DNA of 64,000 nucleotides from an uncultured Candidatus Actinomarina sp. Its GTDB lineage: Bacteria; Actinomycetota; Acidimicrobiia; Actinomarinales; Actinomarinaceae. The first letter of the stretch is position 1. The number at the start of each line of letters is the position of its first letter. The stretch spans positions 15,333-79,332 of the forward strand of contig CACASI010000002.1 in the NCBI GenBank assembly GCA_902535055.1, read 5' to 3'. Shown piece after piece: positions 1 to 8,513 of this stretch. A program made the position numbers and the translations under genes. Below the pieces are notes generated by a model that saw nothing but the letters and a program-made list of their open reading frames with translations, was not told the origin of the DNA and did not search any database.

Positions 1-598
1 GCGCTGTTCCTCGGTATATAGATTCAAATTTTTTTGTTAACTCACGACAAACTACTATTTCATTCTGTAAGTCTTTGCTAACAAATTCTTTTAAGTCATT
101 CCTGAGTCTATTTGGTGATGTAAAACAAACTAAAGGATAAGAAGCTTCAGAAATGAGATTATAAAAATTAGTTCTTTCTTTTCCTGACTTAGGTATAAAG
201 CCTAAAAAAGTAAATCTATCTATTTCAAATCCAGACAAGGTTAAAGCAACCAAAACGCTAGAGGGACCTGGGATAGAAACTATCTCATGGTTACCTTCAA
301 TTAATTGTTGAATCAGCATATTTCCCGGATCAGAGATAAGAGGTGTTCCTGCATCTGAAATCAAGGCAACGGATTTATTTTCACTTAACAAATTTGAAAT
401 TTCAGATACTTTCTTATTTTCATTTCCCATAAAGTATGATTTAACATCTTTTTTCAGGTTCAAATGAGATAATAATTTTTTTGCTACTCGAGTATCTTCT
501 GCATAAACAACATCTACTTTCGATAAAGTATTCACTAATCTTTGTGAAATATCTTCTAAATTTCCAATAGGTGTTGGGCAAATATAAAAAGTAGCCAT
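1..598 (-). CDS. rsmI: 16S rRNA (cytidine1402-2'-O)-methyltransferase RsmI, C-terminally truncated by the window edge
   Basis: My minus-strand translation from the ATG at 598..596 gives MATFYICPTPIGNLEDISQRL...YAEDTRV...ISDAGTPLISDPG...IPGPSS...RELTKKFE. These are tetrapyrrole-methylase/RsmI signature blocks. It is missing from the ORF track because there is no stop in the window. Confidence 0.85.
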   Translation of the reverse strand, partial: MATFYICPTPIGNLEDISQRLVNTLSKVDVVYAEDTRVAKKLLSHLNLKKDVKSYFMGNENKKVSEISNLLSENKSVALISDAGTPLISDPGNMLIQQLIEGNHEIVSIPGPSSVLVALTLSGFEIDRFTFLGFIPKSGKERTNFYNLISEASYPLVCFTSPNRLRNDLKEFVSKDLQNEIVVCRELTKKFESIYRGTA

Positions 599-599
599 T

Positions 600-1997
600 T
601 TAAAAATTTGTATTACATATCTGTGATGAACAGTCGCTCAAAAAATTAGTAATGAAATCTAAATCGTTTGAGAGAGCAAGTCTTAAATAATTGCCATCAT
701 TGTAAATCCATAAGTTTGTCTCTCCTTCGTATAGGTTTCCTATCCAATTTCCTTTATCGTTTGATAATTTTGTAAATCTTGTTTGAAAATTAGCCCAATT
801 CATGAATGCTTCTGCAATTTCATTTAACTCGGTTGAATTGTCTCCTTGAATTTTTACAGTCATGAATAATTGATTTTCATCATTTACATAATCAACCCAA
901 GATCCACCTCCAAGTCCAATAGCTGCATTAACGGCATCAACCCGACCAATTGTTGTTTGTAATAAATAAACAATATCGAGAGAATCAAGCTGACCTTCTT
1001 CAAGAAAAGAGAACTCTTCTAATTCAAGTGTCTCAATCTCGACATTGATGTATGGTTCCTCAGAAAAATATTTTTCAGGCGCATAAATTTGCTCAGCAGT
1101 TGGTAATTTATACAATGCTTCGTTCAATGCCTCCATTTTTCCATTGCTATGAATTTGCTTTCCCAATCGACCACCAAAATCATAATAAAGATCATTTGGT
1201 ATATAGAAATAATCAGGTAACGAAACAGCGCATCTAAAATTTGGTCGTTGTGAATTCATTGTTTGTCTATCATAGGAATCTAGATTAGACATCCAATAAG
1301 CTTGAATTAAGTCTGCTTGGGCCTCCATTAGTGCGCGTCTGCCTGGATAATCCATAAAATCATCATTTTCTTTCATGGTGCTGTACCAGTCTGAAAGATC
1401 AATTATTTGACCCTGAAGAGAATGCACTAACTCGTGGACAATTACAGATTGCTCCCAAAGATTTAATTTTGTTTGATTTCGCTTAACAGGAACTCTTAAT
1501 ATTTTATCTAAGAGATTATAAGAACCGGCAGAAGCGCATCTTTGAAACTCTACAATAAGTTCTTTCATTTTTTCAGGTGAAGCCTTTGTTAATCCCCACA
1601 TGTTCTCTGATAAAACAGCTCTCTCCCATTCACCTTCTTCATAATCTTTTTCAAAGTCATCAAGATAAGATGCTGCATTGTAATCTCTGTAACCCTCTAA
1701 GGTGTATAAATTGAATTCAGGATATTCAGTAAACTCCAAGCCTGTCCTTTTTTCAACAAAGGCAATCAACTCATCGAATTGTTCTTTCATTTCTGGACTA
1801 GCTGTGAGCAGTTCAACTCCAAATTCATCTACAATAAATTCTTCATCAACTTTTATTGTTAATGTAGTTGAGGTTGTTTCGGCAACACTTGTTACAGAAG
1901 AGGAAGTTGCATCAACAATTTCAGGTTCAGAGCTTGAACCTGTGGTACAACTTGTGATTAAAAAAATGATTAATAAATAATTTAAGTATTTTCTCAT
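600..1997 (-). CDS. Secreted lipoprotein, putative zinc metalloprotease (HExxH)
   Basis: 465-aa ORF. The N-terminus MRKYLNYLLIIFLITSC has a lipobox-like LITSC. A Ser/Thr-rich linker follows, and there is an HELVH motif (VIVHELVHSLQ). I cannot assign a family with confidence. Confidence 0.55.
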   Translation of the reverse strand: MRKYLNYLLIIFLITSCTTGSSSEPEIVDATSSSVTSVAETTSTTLTIKVDEEFIVDEFGVELLTASPEMKEQFDELIAFVEKRTGLEFTEYPEFNLYTLEGYRDYNAASYLDDFEKDYEEGEWERAVLSENMWGLTKASPEKMKELIVEFQRCASAGSYNLLDKILRVPVKRNQTKLNLWEQSVIVHELVHSLQGQIIDLSDWYSTMKENDDFMDYPGRRALMEAQADLIQAYWMSNLDSYDRQTMNSQRPNFRCAVSLPDYFYIPNDLYYDFGGRLGKQIHSNGKMEALNEALYKLPTAEQIYAPEKYFSEEPYINVEIETLELEEFSFLEEGQLDSLDIVYLLQTTIGRVDAVNAAIGLGGGSWVDYVNDENQLFMTVKIQGDNSTELNEIAEAFMNWANFQTRFTKLSNDKGNWIGNLYEGETNLWIYNDGNYLRLALSNDLDFITNFLSDCSSQICNTNF

Positions 1998-2050
1998 AGG
2001 ATTTAAGAATAATTGTAATCTTAATTATTGAGATACAAATAGGAGGAATC

Positions 2051-2458
2051 ATGATAAAAGAATTTAGAAACTTTATCAATAGAGGTAATGTTGTTGAGCT
2101 TGGAGTTGCATTTGTTATGGGTGCATCTTTTAAGTCATTAGTGGATGTATTTACAAAAAAATTAATTGAGCCACTGATTGGATTAATAATTAATTTGCCA
2201 AATCTTGATAACCTTGGTCTTTTCGGCGATGTTGATCCAAACTCAGGATTGCAATCTGGGAGCTTTGGAGCTTTTTTAGGTGAGATAATTAATTACCTTA
2301 TCATTGCTTTTGTAATGTTTTTAGTTATAAAGGCATACAATCATTTTGAGGATATGGTTGATGATGAAGAGAATGATGAGGTCGTTGCAACAGAATCAAA
2401 AGAGGTAACGCTTTTGAAAGAAATAAGAGACGGAATAAATAACCTTCAAACAAAGTAA
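2051..2458 (+). CDS. mscL: Large-conductance mechanosensitive channel MscL
   Basis: 135 aa. The N-terminus MIKEFRNFINRGNVVELGVAFVMGASF is typical of MscL. There are two TM helices and a strong SD (taggagga) upstream. Confidence 0.9.
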   Translation: MIKEFRNFINRGNVVELGVAFVMGASFKSLVDVFTKKLIEPLIGLIINLPNLDNLGLFGDVDPNSGLQSGSFGAFLGEIINYLIIAFVMFLVIKAYNHFEDMVDDEENDEVVATESKEVTLLKEIRDGINNLQTK

Positions 2459-2464
2459 CATTGA

Positions 2465-4237
2465 TTGATAATGAAACAGAATAATTTAAAAGATCTCTAT
2501 AAATATGCCCAAGAGAATGAAGCAAAAGTTAAAAGAGGAATAATTTACTCAGTTCTAAATAAATTATTTGATCTCGCTCCTCCTGTTTTAATTGGTATCG
2601 CTATTGATATTGTTGTTGAGGGATCAGAATCTTTTATCGGAAATTTTGGTTTTGAAGATAGAAGACAGCAATTAATTATTCTTGCTTTTATCACGTTTGT
2701 AATTTGGGGCTTTGAATCAATCTTTGACTATGTTGCAGCAGTTACATGGAGAAATATAGCTCAAGATCTTCAACATTCAATGCGAACAGAGACGTTTAAT
2801 AAAACATTAGATTTGGATTTATCTTTTTTTGAAAATAAATCATCCGGGAGGTTGATGGCAATACTTAACGATGATGTTAATCAAATGGAGAATTTTTTAA
2901 ATGAAGCTGCAAACAGATTGATTCAAACAGCAACAACAGTAATTGTCATTGGTGCAACGTTTCTTTACATCTCACCTCTTGTTGCAATATTTGCTTTCAT
3001 TCCAATTCCAGTAATCGTTTTTGGTTCCTATAAGTTTGTTCAAAGAATTGGGGAAAGATATTCAAAAATAAGAAATAATGTTGAATCACTGAATGCACAT
3101 TTATCTAATTCCATTACTGGAATCCTGACAGTTAAAAGTTTCAATCGAGAGAAAAAAGAATATAAAAGAATAGATTCAGCTTCAGATGAAGTTAAAACTG
3201 CAAATTATGATGCTATAAAGTTATCAGCTGCATTTATACCAATTATTAGAGTGGCTATATTATTCGGATTTACGGCAACATTATTAATTGGTGGTTTTCT
3301 CGCACTCGATGGTCAGATAAAAGTTGGTATGTATTCAGTTATGCTTTTCATAACCCAAAGACTGCTTTGGCCTCTTACAGAATTAGGTATGATTTTTGAC
3401 TCGTTTCAAAAAGCCATGGCATCTTTCAGAAGAATAATGAATCTACGAGATACAAATCCAACCATTAATGATGGTGAAATAGAATTATTAGAACTAAAAA
3501 ATAAAATCACCTTTGAGAATTTAAATTTTGAATATGTAAAAGATTTTCCAGTATTAAAAAATATAAATATCGAAATTGAAAAGGGAAAAACAACTGCGAT
3601 AGTTGGTAGTACAGGTTCAGGTAAATCAACTTTAATAAAATTAATTTTGAGATTTTATGAAAAGAATGGTGGAAAAATTTTATTTGACGAACATGAAATA
3701 GAATCATTGTCGTTAGAAAGCATAAGAAACAAAATTGGACTTGTAAGCCAAGATGTATTTCTTTTTGAGGGAAGTGTTTTTGAAAATATTGCATATGGAA
3801 ATATTGAAGCAAATAGTGAGGAAGTTTGGAATGCAGCAAGGCTTTCAGAGTCAGATAGATTTATCAATGACCTTCCAAATAAAGAAGACACAATAGTTGG
3901 GGAAAGAGGTCAAAAGCTTTCAGGCGGACAAAGGCAAAGAATTTCAATCGCTAGAGCTATCCTTAAAAACCCAGAAATACTTATTCTTGATGAAGCAACA
4001 TCAGCAGTAGATAATGAAACTGAAGCAGCCATACAAGAATCACTTGAAACTTTAAAAGAAGGTAGAACAGTTATTGCAATTGCTCACAGACTTTCAACAA
4101 TTAGAAATGCTGATTTAATCTATGTGTTAGAAGATGGTGAGATAGTAGAAAATGGAACACATGATCAACTTTTAGGAAATAATAATGTTTACACAAAACT
4201 CTGGGATGTTCAAACAGGAAAATCTAGAAAATATTAA
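2465..4237 (+). CDS. ABC exporter, fused permease/ATPase (MsbA/MdlB type)
   Basis: 590 aa. The N-terminal half has six TM helices. The C-terminal half has Walker A GSTGSGKST, the signature LSGGQRQR and Walker B ILILDEATS. Confidence 0.9.
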   Translation: MIMKQNNLKDLYKYAQENEAKVKRGIIYSVLNKLFDLAPPVLIGIAIDIVVEGSESFIGNFGFEDRRQQLIILAFITFVIWGFESIFDYVAAVTWRNIAQDLQHSMRTETFNKTLDLDLSFFENKSSGRLMAILNDDVNQMENFLNEAANRLIQTATTVIVIGATFLYISPLVAIFAFIPIPVIVFGSYKFVQRIGERYSKIRNNVESLNAHLSNSITGILTVKSFNREKKEYKRIDSASDEVKTANYDAIKLSAAFIPIIRVAILFGFTATLLIGGFLALDGQIKVGMYSVMLFITQRLLWPLTELGMIFDSFQKAMASFRRIMNLRDTNPTINDGEIELLELKNKITFENLNFEYVKDFPVLKNINIEIEKGKTTAIVGSTGSGKSTLIKLILRFYEKNGGKILFDEHEIESLSLESIRNKIGLVSQDVFLFEGSVFENIAYGNIEANSEEVWNAARLSESDRFINDLPNKEDTIVGERGQKLSGGQRQRISIARAILKNPEILILDEATSAVDNETEAAIQESLETLKEGRTVIAIAHRLSTIRNADLIYVLEDGEIVENGTHDQLLGNNNVYTKLWDVQTGKSRKY

Positions 4238-5421
4238 TTCAATATTTTTGATGCGATAGATTCACCAATTGCTAAAGAGGCAGTAGCAGCTGGACTTGGA
4301 GAATTCAATACATGTAAAGAACTACTTCCCTCTTCGAAAAGAAAATCATCTAATAAATTTCCATCTTGATCGACAGCCTGAGCACGTACTCCAGATGGAA
4401 TTTGAATAATATCATCTGAACTAATACCATTTATTAATTTCTGAATCTCTTTAACAAATACTTTTTTATTTAAAGATCTATACATCTCTGATAAACCTGT
4501 TTTTAAATATTTTTTTCCAAGCTTGATCATGCCTGGATAAGTTAAAACTTTTGTTAAGTCAACAAGGTTAATATCTGTCCATTTATAACCCTCCTTTGAA
4601 AAAGCTAAAACGGCATTTGGACCTGCTTCAATCTCTCCATTAGCTGTTTTTGTTAAGTGAATTCCTAAAAATGGTAAATCTGGATCAGCTAGTGGATAAA
4701 TCATATTATTTAAAATTGAATTTTTTGTATCTCTAATTTTGTAATATTCACCTCTAAATGGAATAATCCTAACATTTGGAGACATGCCATCCATTCTTGC
4801 TATTTCATCTGAAAAAAGACCTGCACAATTTATTAAAAATTCACAGCTAAAAGAATTGTTTTTACTCTTTATTTGTTTCAAATTATGTACATTTTCTATT
4901 TCAATAATTTCTTCAATATATTGAATTTCTCCACCCAATTCAATGAATTCATCGGCATACGTTCTTACAACTTCTCCATAATCTACGACACCAGCCTGAG
5001 GTACAAATAAACCTTTTTTAACAACAGAATTTGGTTCAATAGAAAGCAAATCATCATCTTGAACAATATCAACTCCATGCATCTCAAGTTCTTTACTTCG
5101 ACTTTGTAGGTCTTCTAGTTTATCTAAATCGTCATCAACAACTACTTTTCCTTCCTGGCGATAATTAATACCTTTTTCTTTTAAGTATTCAATTAGGAGA
5201 TTTCGACCTCTTATTGAAAGTTCAGATTTGGAAGAATTTGGCTTGTAATAAATTCCAGAGTGAATTACTCCTGAATTTCTCCCAGATTGATGAAGACCTG
5301 GTTTTTTTTCTTTTTCAAGAACTAAAACACTTTTATTCTGTCTTTGTAAGTGAAGAGCTGTAGATAATCCAACAATACCAGCACCAATGATTGCAAAATC
5401 ATATGTATTTTTTTTACTCAT
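4234..5421 (-). CDS. lhgO: FAD-dependent L-2-hydroxyglutarate oxidase/dehydrogenase
   Basis: 395 aa. It has the GAGIVG dinucleotide fold and the LEKE...HQSGRNSGVIHSGIYY block, and is collinear with E. coli LhgO as I recall it. Confidence 0.75.
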   Translation of the reverse strand: MSKKNTYDFAIIGAGIVGLSTALHLQRQNKSVLVLEKEKKPGLHQSGRNSGVIHSGIYYKPNSSKSELSIRGRNLLIEYLKEKGINYRQEGKVVVDDDLDKLEDLQSRSKELEMHGVDIVQDDDLLSIEPNSVVKKGLFVPQAGVVDYGEVVRTYADEFIELGGEIQYIEEIIEIENVHNLKQIKSKNNSFSCEFLINCAGLFSDEIARMDGMSPNVRIIPFRGEYYKIRDTKNSILNNMIYPLADPDLPFLGIHLTKTANGEIEAGPNAVLAFSKEGYKWTDINLVDLTKVLTYPGMIKLGKKYLKTGLSEMYRSLNKKVFVKEIQKLINGISSDDIIQIPSGVRAQAVDQDGNLLDDFLFEEGSSSLHVLNSPSPAATASLAIGESIASKILN

Positions 5422-5437
5422 CGTATTTTAATTATAG

Positions 5438-5775
5438 TGGAGGTGCGGGGAGTCGAACCCCGGTCCTTTTAAGCTACCAAACAGCTTCTCCGAGCGCATC
5501 TGGTGAAATACTATTGAGAGAGTCACCAGAAACAAATTCTCAATAGTTTTTACCTTAAATCTTAAAAGTTAGTCGGTAACCTAACTCAGCATCCCACATT
5601 TCGACGCCGATACTACCCGAGGTGGGAACCCCGGCAGTCGACGAGCAACAATTAAGCTGCTACGGCCAATTTAGGTTTGGCAGTTATCTTTTTTTTCCTA
5701 CGTTTTTAATGAGGCCCTAGGACCCTCAGCTCGCTACTGAGAGGCTCGCTTCAAAGTCGAAGCCAGTTCACCCCC
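5438..5775 (-). ncRNA. ssrA: tmRNA (SsrA)
   Basis: The minus strand starts GGGGGTGAACTGGCTTCGACTTTGAAGCGAGCC and ends GGGGTTCGACTCCCCGCACCTCCA, a tRNA-like acceptor/T-arm. An internal tag ORF GCC AAA CCT AAA TTG GCC GTA GCA GCT TAA (5681..5652) encodes AKPKLAVAA*. The region is GC-enriched relative to its flanks. Confidence 0.9.
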
Positions 5776-5825
5776 ATATCACTATTATGGCTTTACAATA
5801 GTTATTAGCCAAGACAAAATATAAA

Positions 5826-6473
5826 ATGAAAATTAACAACCAAACATTCAATTTAAATGAGGAATTAATTGTTTCAATTGATCAGGAAGACAACGATGGC
5901 CTTATCAATATTCCTAAAAATATAAATTTAGATATAAATATTGTAAATTATTTTGGAAAAATTGTTATTAACAGTATTTCTATAAATCACCTCCAAGATG
6001 AACTATCTTTATCAAAAACTGGTCTTGAGCAATCATTGAGTAATTTGGACATTAAATTATTAGACCGATTTTTGTTTAAACAATTAAGTGACAAAGCAAC
6101 ATTTAATTATTCACCTTTTGATTCTTTTCTTGATTACGACTTCACAATATTTGAAAAATCAAGAAGGATTTCTGATATTGACTGGTCAATGTTTGCTTCT
6201 CTCTATATATTTGCGTGTAATGTCATTCCAGAATCTATAAAGGTGGAGTTAACACTTGCAAAAAAGCTCAGGATTTCTGAAGAAAGTTTTAAAAGATTTT
6301 TGAAGAAGATTCCTGAAACAATATTTAGAAAAACTGGACATTTGGAATCGAGAGGTGGTAATTTAACCTTCGACGCTGAAGAGATAATAAAAAAGAACTT
6401 AACTGATGAACAAAGTGAATTATTTGAAAACAGTCCTTTTTTAAAATTTCATTCAGGATCAGATTTGGCTTGA
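5826..6473 (+). CDS. Hypothetical protein with two possible HTH-like segments
   Basis: A 215-aa ORF is unlikely by chance in AT-rich DNA. I recognise no family. ELTLAKKLRISEESFKRFLKK and LSKTGLEQSLSNL look helix-turn-helix-like. Confidence 0.45.
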   Translation: MKINNQTFNLNEELIVSIDQEDNDGLINIPKNINLDINIVNYFGKIVINSISINHLQDELSLSKTGLEQSLSNLDIKLLDRFLFKQLSDKATFNYSPFDSFLDYDFTIFEKSRRISDIDWSMFASLYIFACNVIPESIKVELTLAKKLRISEESFKRFLKKIPETIFRKTGHLESRGGNLTFDAEEIIKKNLTDEQSELFENSPFLKFHSGSDLA

Positions 6474-6889
6474 GGTCTAACCATTGAAATTATATTGTTC
6501 GTATCTACTTCCCAAATTTCTCTAGATTTAATATCTGCCTCATTCCAGCTCACTCCTGTATCTCTCCTATACGGCTTGCCTGTATATCGATTGGATAAAT
6601 AATCGATATGATCATTTGCACTATCATTATCAATAATATTTTCTACAACACCTCTTATTTCCCAACTTGAATACATTTCACTTGGATGAAATATAACAAT
6701 TGTAAGATTTGGGTTAATACGAATATTTTCAGTTTTTTTTCTTCCTTGTTCAGTATTAATAAGAATTTTATTTTCTTTGTAATCAACCCACATCAGATGA
6801 TTTTGAATAATGTTTTCGTCAATATTTGTGGCTATTGCACAAAATGCATTGTTATCAATTGCTAACTTTAATTCACTTGGTAATTGCAT
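6449..6889 (-). CDS. Pyridoxamine 5'-phosphate oxidase (PPOX)-fold protein, probable F420/FMN-dependent enzyme
   Basis: 146 aa. The pattern AFCAIATN...HLMWVDYKENKILINTEQGRKKTENIRINPNLTIVI...WEIRGVV is typical of the split-barrel PPOX class. Confidence 0.65.
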   Translation of the reverse strand: MQLPSELKLAIDNNAFCAIATNIDENIIQNHLMWVDYKENKILINTEQGRKKTENIRINPNLTIVIFHPSEMYSSWEIRGVVENIIDNDSANDHIDYLSNRYTGKPYRRDTGVSWNEADIKSREIWEVDTNNIISMVRPQAKSDPE

Positions 6890-6919
6890 TATTAATAATT
6901 TTAAGTAAGACTTCTATTT

Positions 6920-7483
6920 ATGGCATTTATAAAATTATTTAATTTTGATGAAGCATCTGGCTTACTGAAAAAAGAATATGAAAAAGGATTGCGAAGAGCT
7001 GGAAGAATTTGGAATGTTCTCACTATACAATCACAGACTCCTCAAATTCTGAAAGATTCAATGAACTTATATGGTTCTACTATGTTTGGAAATTCAAATA
7101 TTTCTCGATTCGATAGTGAGTTACTTGCTGTTGTAACATCTATGTCGAATGAGTGTGAATATTGAATAAGAGCACATTTATTTGATCTCCGGTCGGAGAC
7201 AACAGATCAAAAGTTAGTTGATGAAATCGCGGAAGATTGGAGTACAAGTTCATTAACAAAAACTCAAATGGCAATGTGTAACTTTGCAAAAAAACTAACA
7301 GAAACACCAAGTAAAGTTAATGAAAATGATATTCAAACTTTACGAGATCTGAATTTGACTGACAAAGATATATCTCAAATTGTTCAAATAATTGGTTATT
7401 TTAATTATATAAACAGGGTTGCAGATGGTTTAGGACTTGAACCTGAAGATTTTATTGATAAAAAAGGGTATAAAGCGAAATAA
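6920..7483 (+). CDS. AhpD-like / carboxymuconolactone decarboxylase-family peroxidase-related protein with one in-frame TGA (7163..7165), a candidate selenocysteine; alternatively a pseudogene
   Basis: ORFs 6920..7165 and 7268..7483 are in the same frame. My translation of 7166..7267 has no stop (IRAHLFDLRSETTDQKLVDEIAEDWSTSSLTKTQ). The joined protein reads ...SMSNECEY[TGA]IRAH..., so the TGA sits where the family's N-x-C-x-Y-C-x-x-x-H motif has its second Cys. The C-terminal part (FAKKLTETP...IQTLRD...IIGYFNYINRVADGLG) also fits the family. Confidence 0.6.
7181..7211 (+). promoter_or_regulatory. SECIS-like stem-loop downstream of the in-frame TGA
   Basis: Upper stem TCTCC(7186-7190)/GGAGA(7195-7199) closes a GGTC loop (7191-7194). 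Lower stem is TTTGA(7181-7185)/TCAAA(7207-7211). The loop lies 29-32 nt from the U of the UGA. Confidence 0.4.
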
Positions 7484-7521
7484 ATATTGTTTGAGAGTTT
7501 TTAGAGATATAACATTAAATT

Positions 7522-8445
7522 ATGAACAGTAATCTGAGATTAAGTGTCTTATTAACAATTTTGATATCGATATCAGCTTTTTCATATTTTATTTTCATTA
7601 GAGATACTCAAAATGAACAAGTTGAAATTGAGAATCAAATTCAAACTAGCACGACCATCTCATCAACATCCACAACTTTGAAACCAGAAAATACAACTTC
7701 TACTTCTACTTCTACTTCTACTTCTACAACTACAACTACAACTACAACTACAACTACAACTATTCCACCAAATCAAACGGTAATATATGCAACTGCTCAA
7801 GAGATAAATAGTAGTAAAAAAATATCATATGACTATTTAAAGGGAGGGTGTAAGGAAGATTCAATAGGTGACATTGAAGAAGAATGGGTTTTGCCATACG
7901 AGTTATCTATTTTCGATGAAGAAAAGATAAATTTCAGCCTTAAACTTGATTCCTCATTAGGTCTAAATGTTGAATGTTTGGGCAAACTAATCTCTTCAAT
8001 TTTAAATGATTCAAGAGGTTGGATTAAAGTTACGGATAAAGAATTTCAACTTGTAGATAATTCTGAAAGCGAATTTGAATTCATATTTGCTTCACCAGAT
8101 AAAACAGATGAGTTATGCTTCCCGCTTGAAACTAATGGAATCTATTCATGTAAAAATGAACAACAAATTGTTATTAATTATTTTAGATGGATCAATGGAG
8201 CTATTGATTTTGGATCAGATATGGAAACGTACAGGCTGTATCTTATAAATCATGAAGTTGGACATATTTTAGGTTGGGGTCATGTTGGATGTCCAAAGGA
8301 AGATGCACTTGCACCAGTAATGATGCAACAAAGCAAATCAACTATGGGATGTGTTCCTTACGGATGGCCAATATATGAAATCATCGAAAAAGAATTTGGG
8401 ATAGATACATATTCTTTACTTCCAAAAACTGAAGAAGATAGTTAA
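7522..8445 (+). CDS. Secreted/anchored metzincin-like protein (DUF3152-like) with a Thr/Ser linker
   Basis: 307 aa with an N-terminal TM/signal anchor, a (TS)n(T)n linker and a C-terminal HEVGHILGWGH (HExxHxxGxxH) zinc motif. Confidence 0.65.
   Translation: MNSNLRLSVLLTILISISAFSYFIFIRDTQNEQVEIENQIQTSTTISSTSTTLKPENTTSTSTSTSTSTTTTTTTTTTTTIPPNQTVIYATAQEINSSKKISYDYLKGGCKEDSIGDIEEEWVLPYELSIFDEEKINFSLKLDSSLGLNVECLGKLISSILNDSRGWIKVTDKEFQLVDNSESEFEFIFASPDKTDELCFPLETNGIYSCKNEQQIVINYFRWINGAIDFGSDMETYRLYLINHEVGHILGWGHVGCPKEDALAPVMMQQSKSTMGCVPYGWPIYEIIEKEFGIDTYSLLPKTEEDS
7696..7761 (+). repeat. Perfect hexanucleotide tandem repeats (ACTTCT)x5 followed by (ACAACT)x6
   Basis: Read directly from the sequence. 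They encode TSTSTSTSTS followed by a 12-residue Thr run inside the 7522..8445 CDS. Confidence 0.95.
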
Positions 8446-8513
8446 TTGGTGCCAGCAACAACTAATTTGTAATTTAATTATCACTACTTTTAGATCTTAT
8501 AACAAACGTTTTT

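Noticed and set aside
7163-7165. Alternative genetic code (TGA as a sense codon genome-wide)
   Set aside because: TGA clearly terminates other well-aligned genes, for example the M23 peptidase stop at 11561..11563, and it serves as the regulated stop in prfB. Only this one TGA needs recoding.
5421-7483. tmRNA-associated genomic island
   Set aside because: There is no integrase or other mobility gene, and I saw no duplicated copy of the tmRNA 3' end. The accessory-looking genes lie on the 5' side of ssrA, whereas islands integrate at its 3' end.
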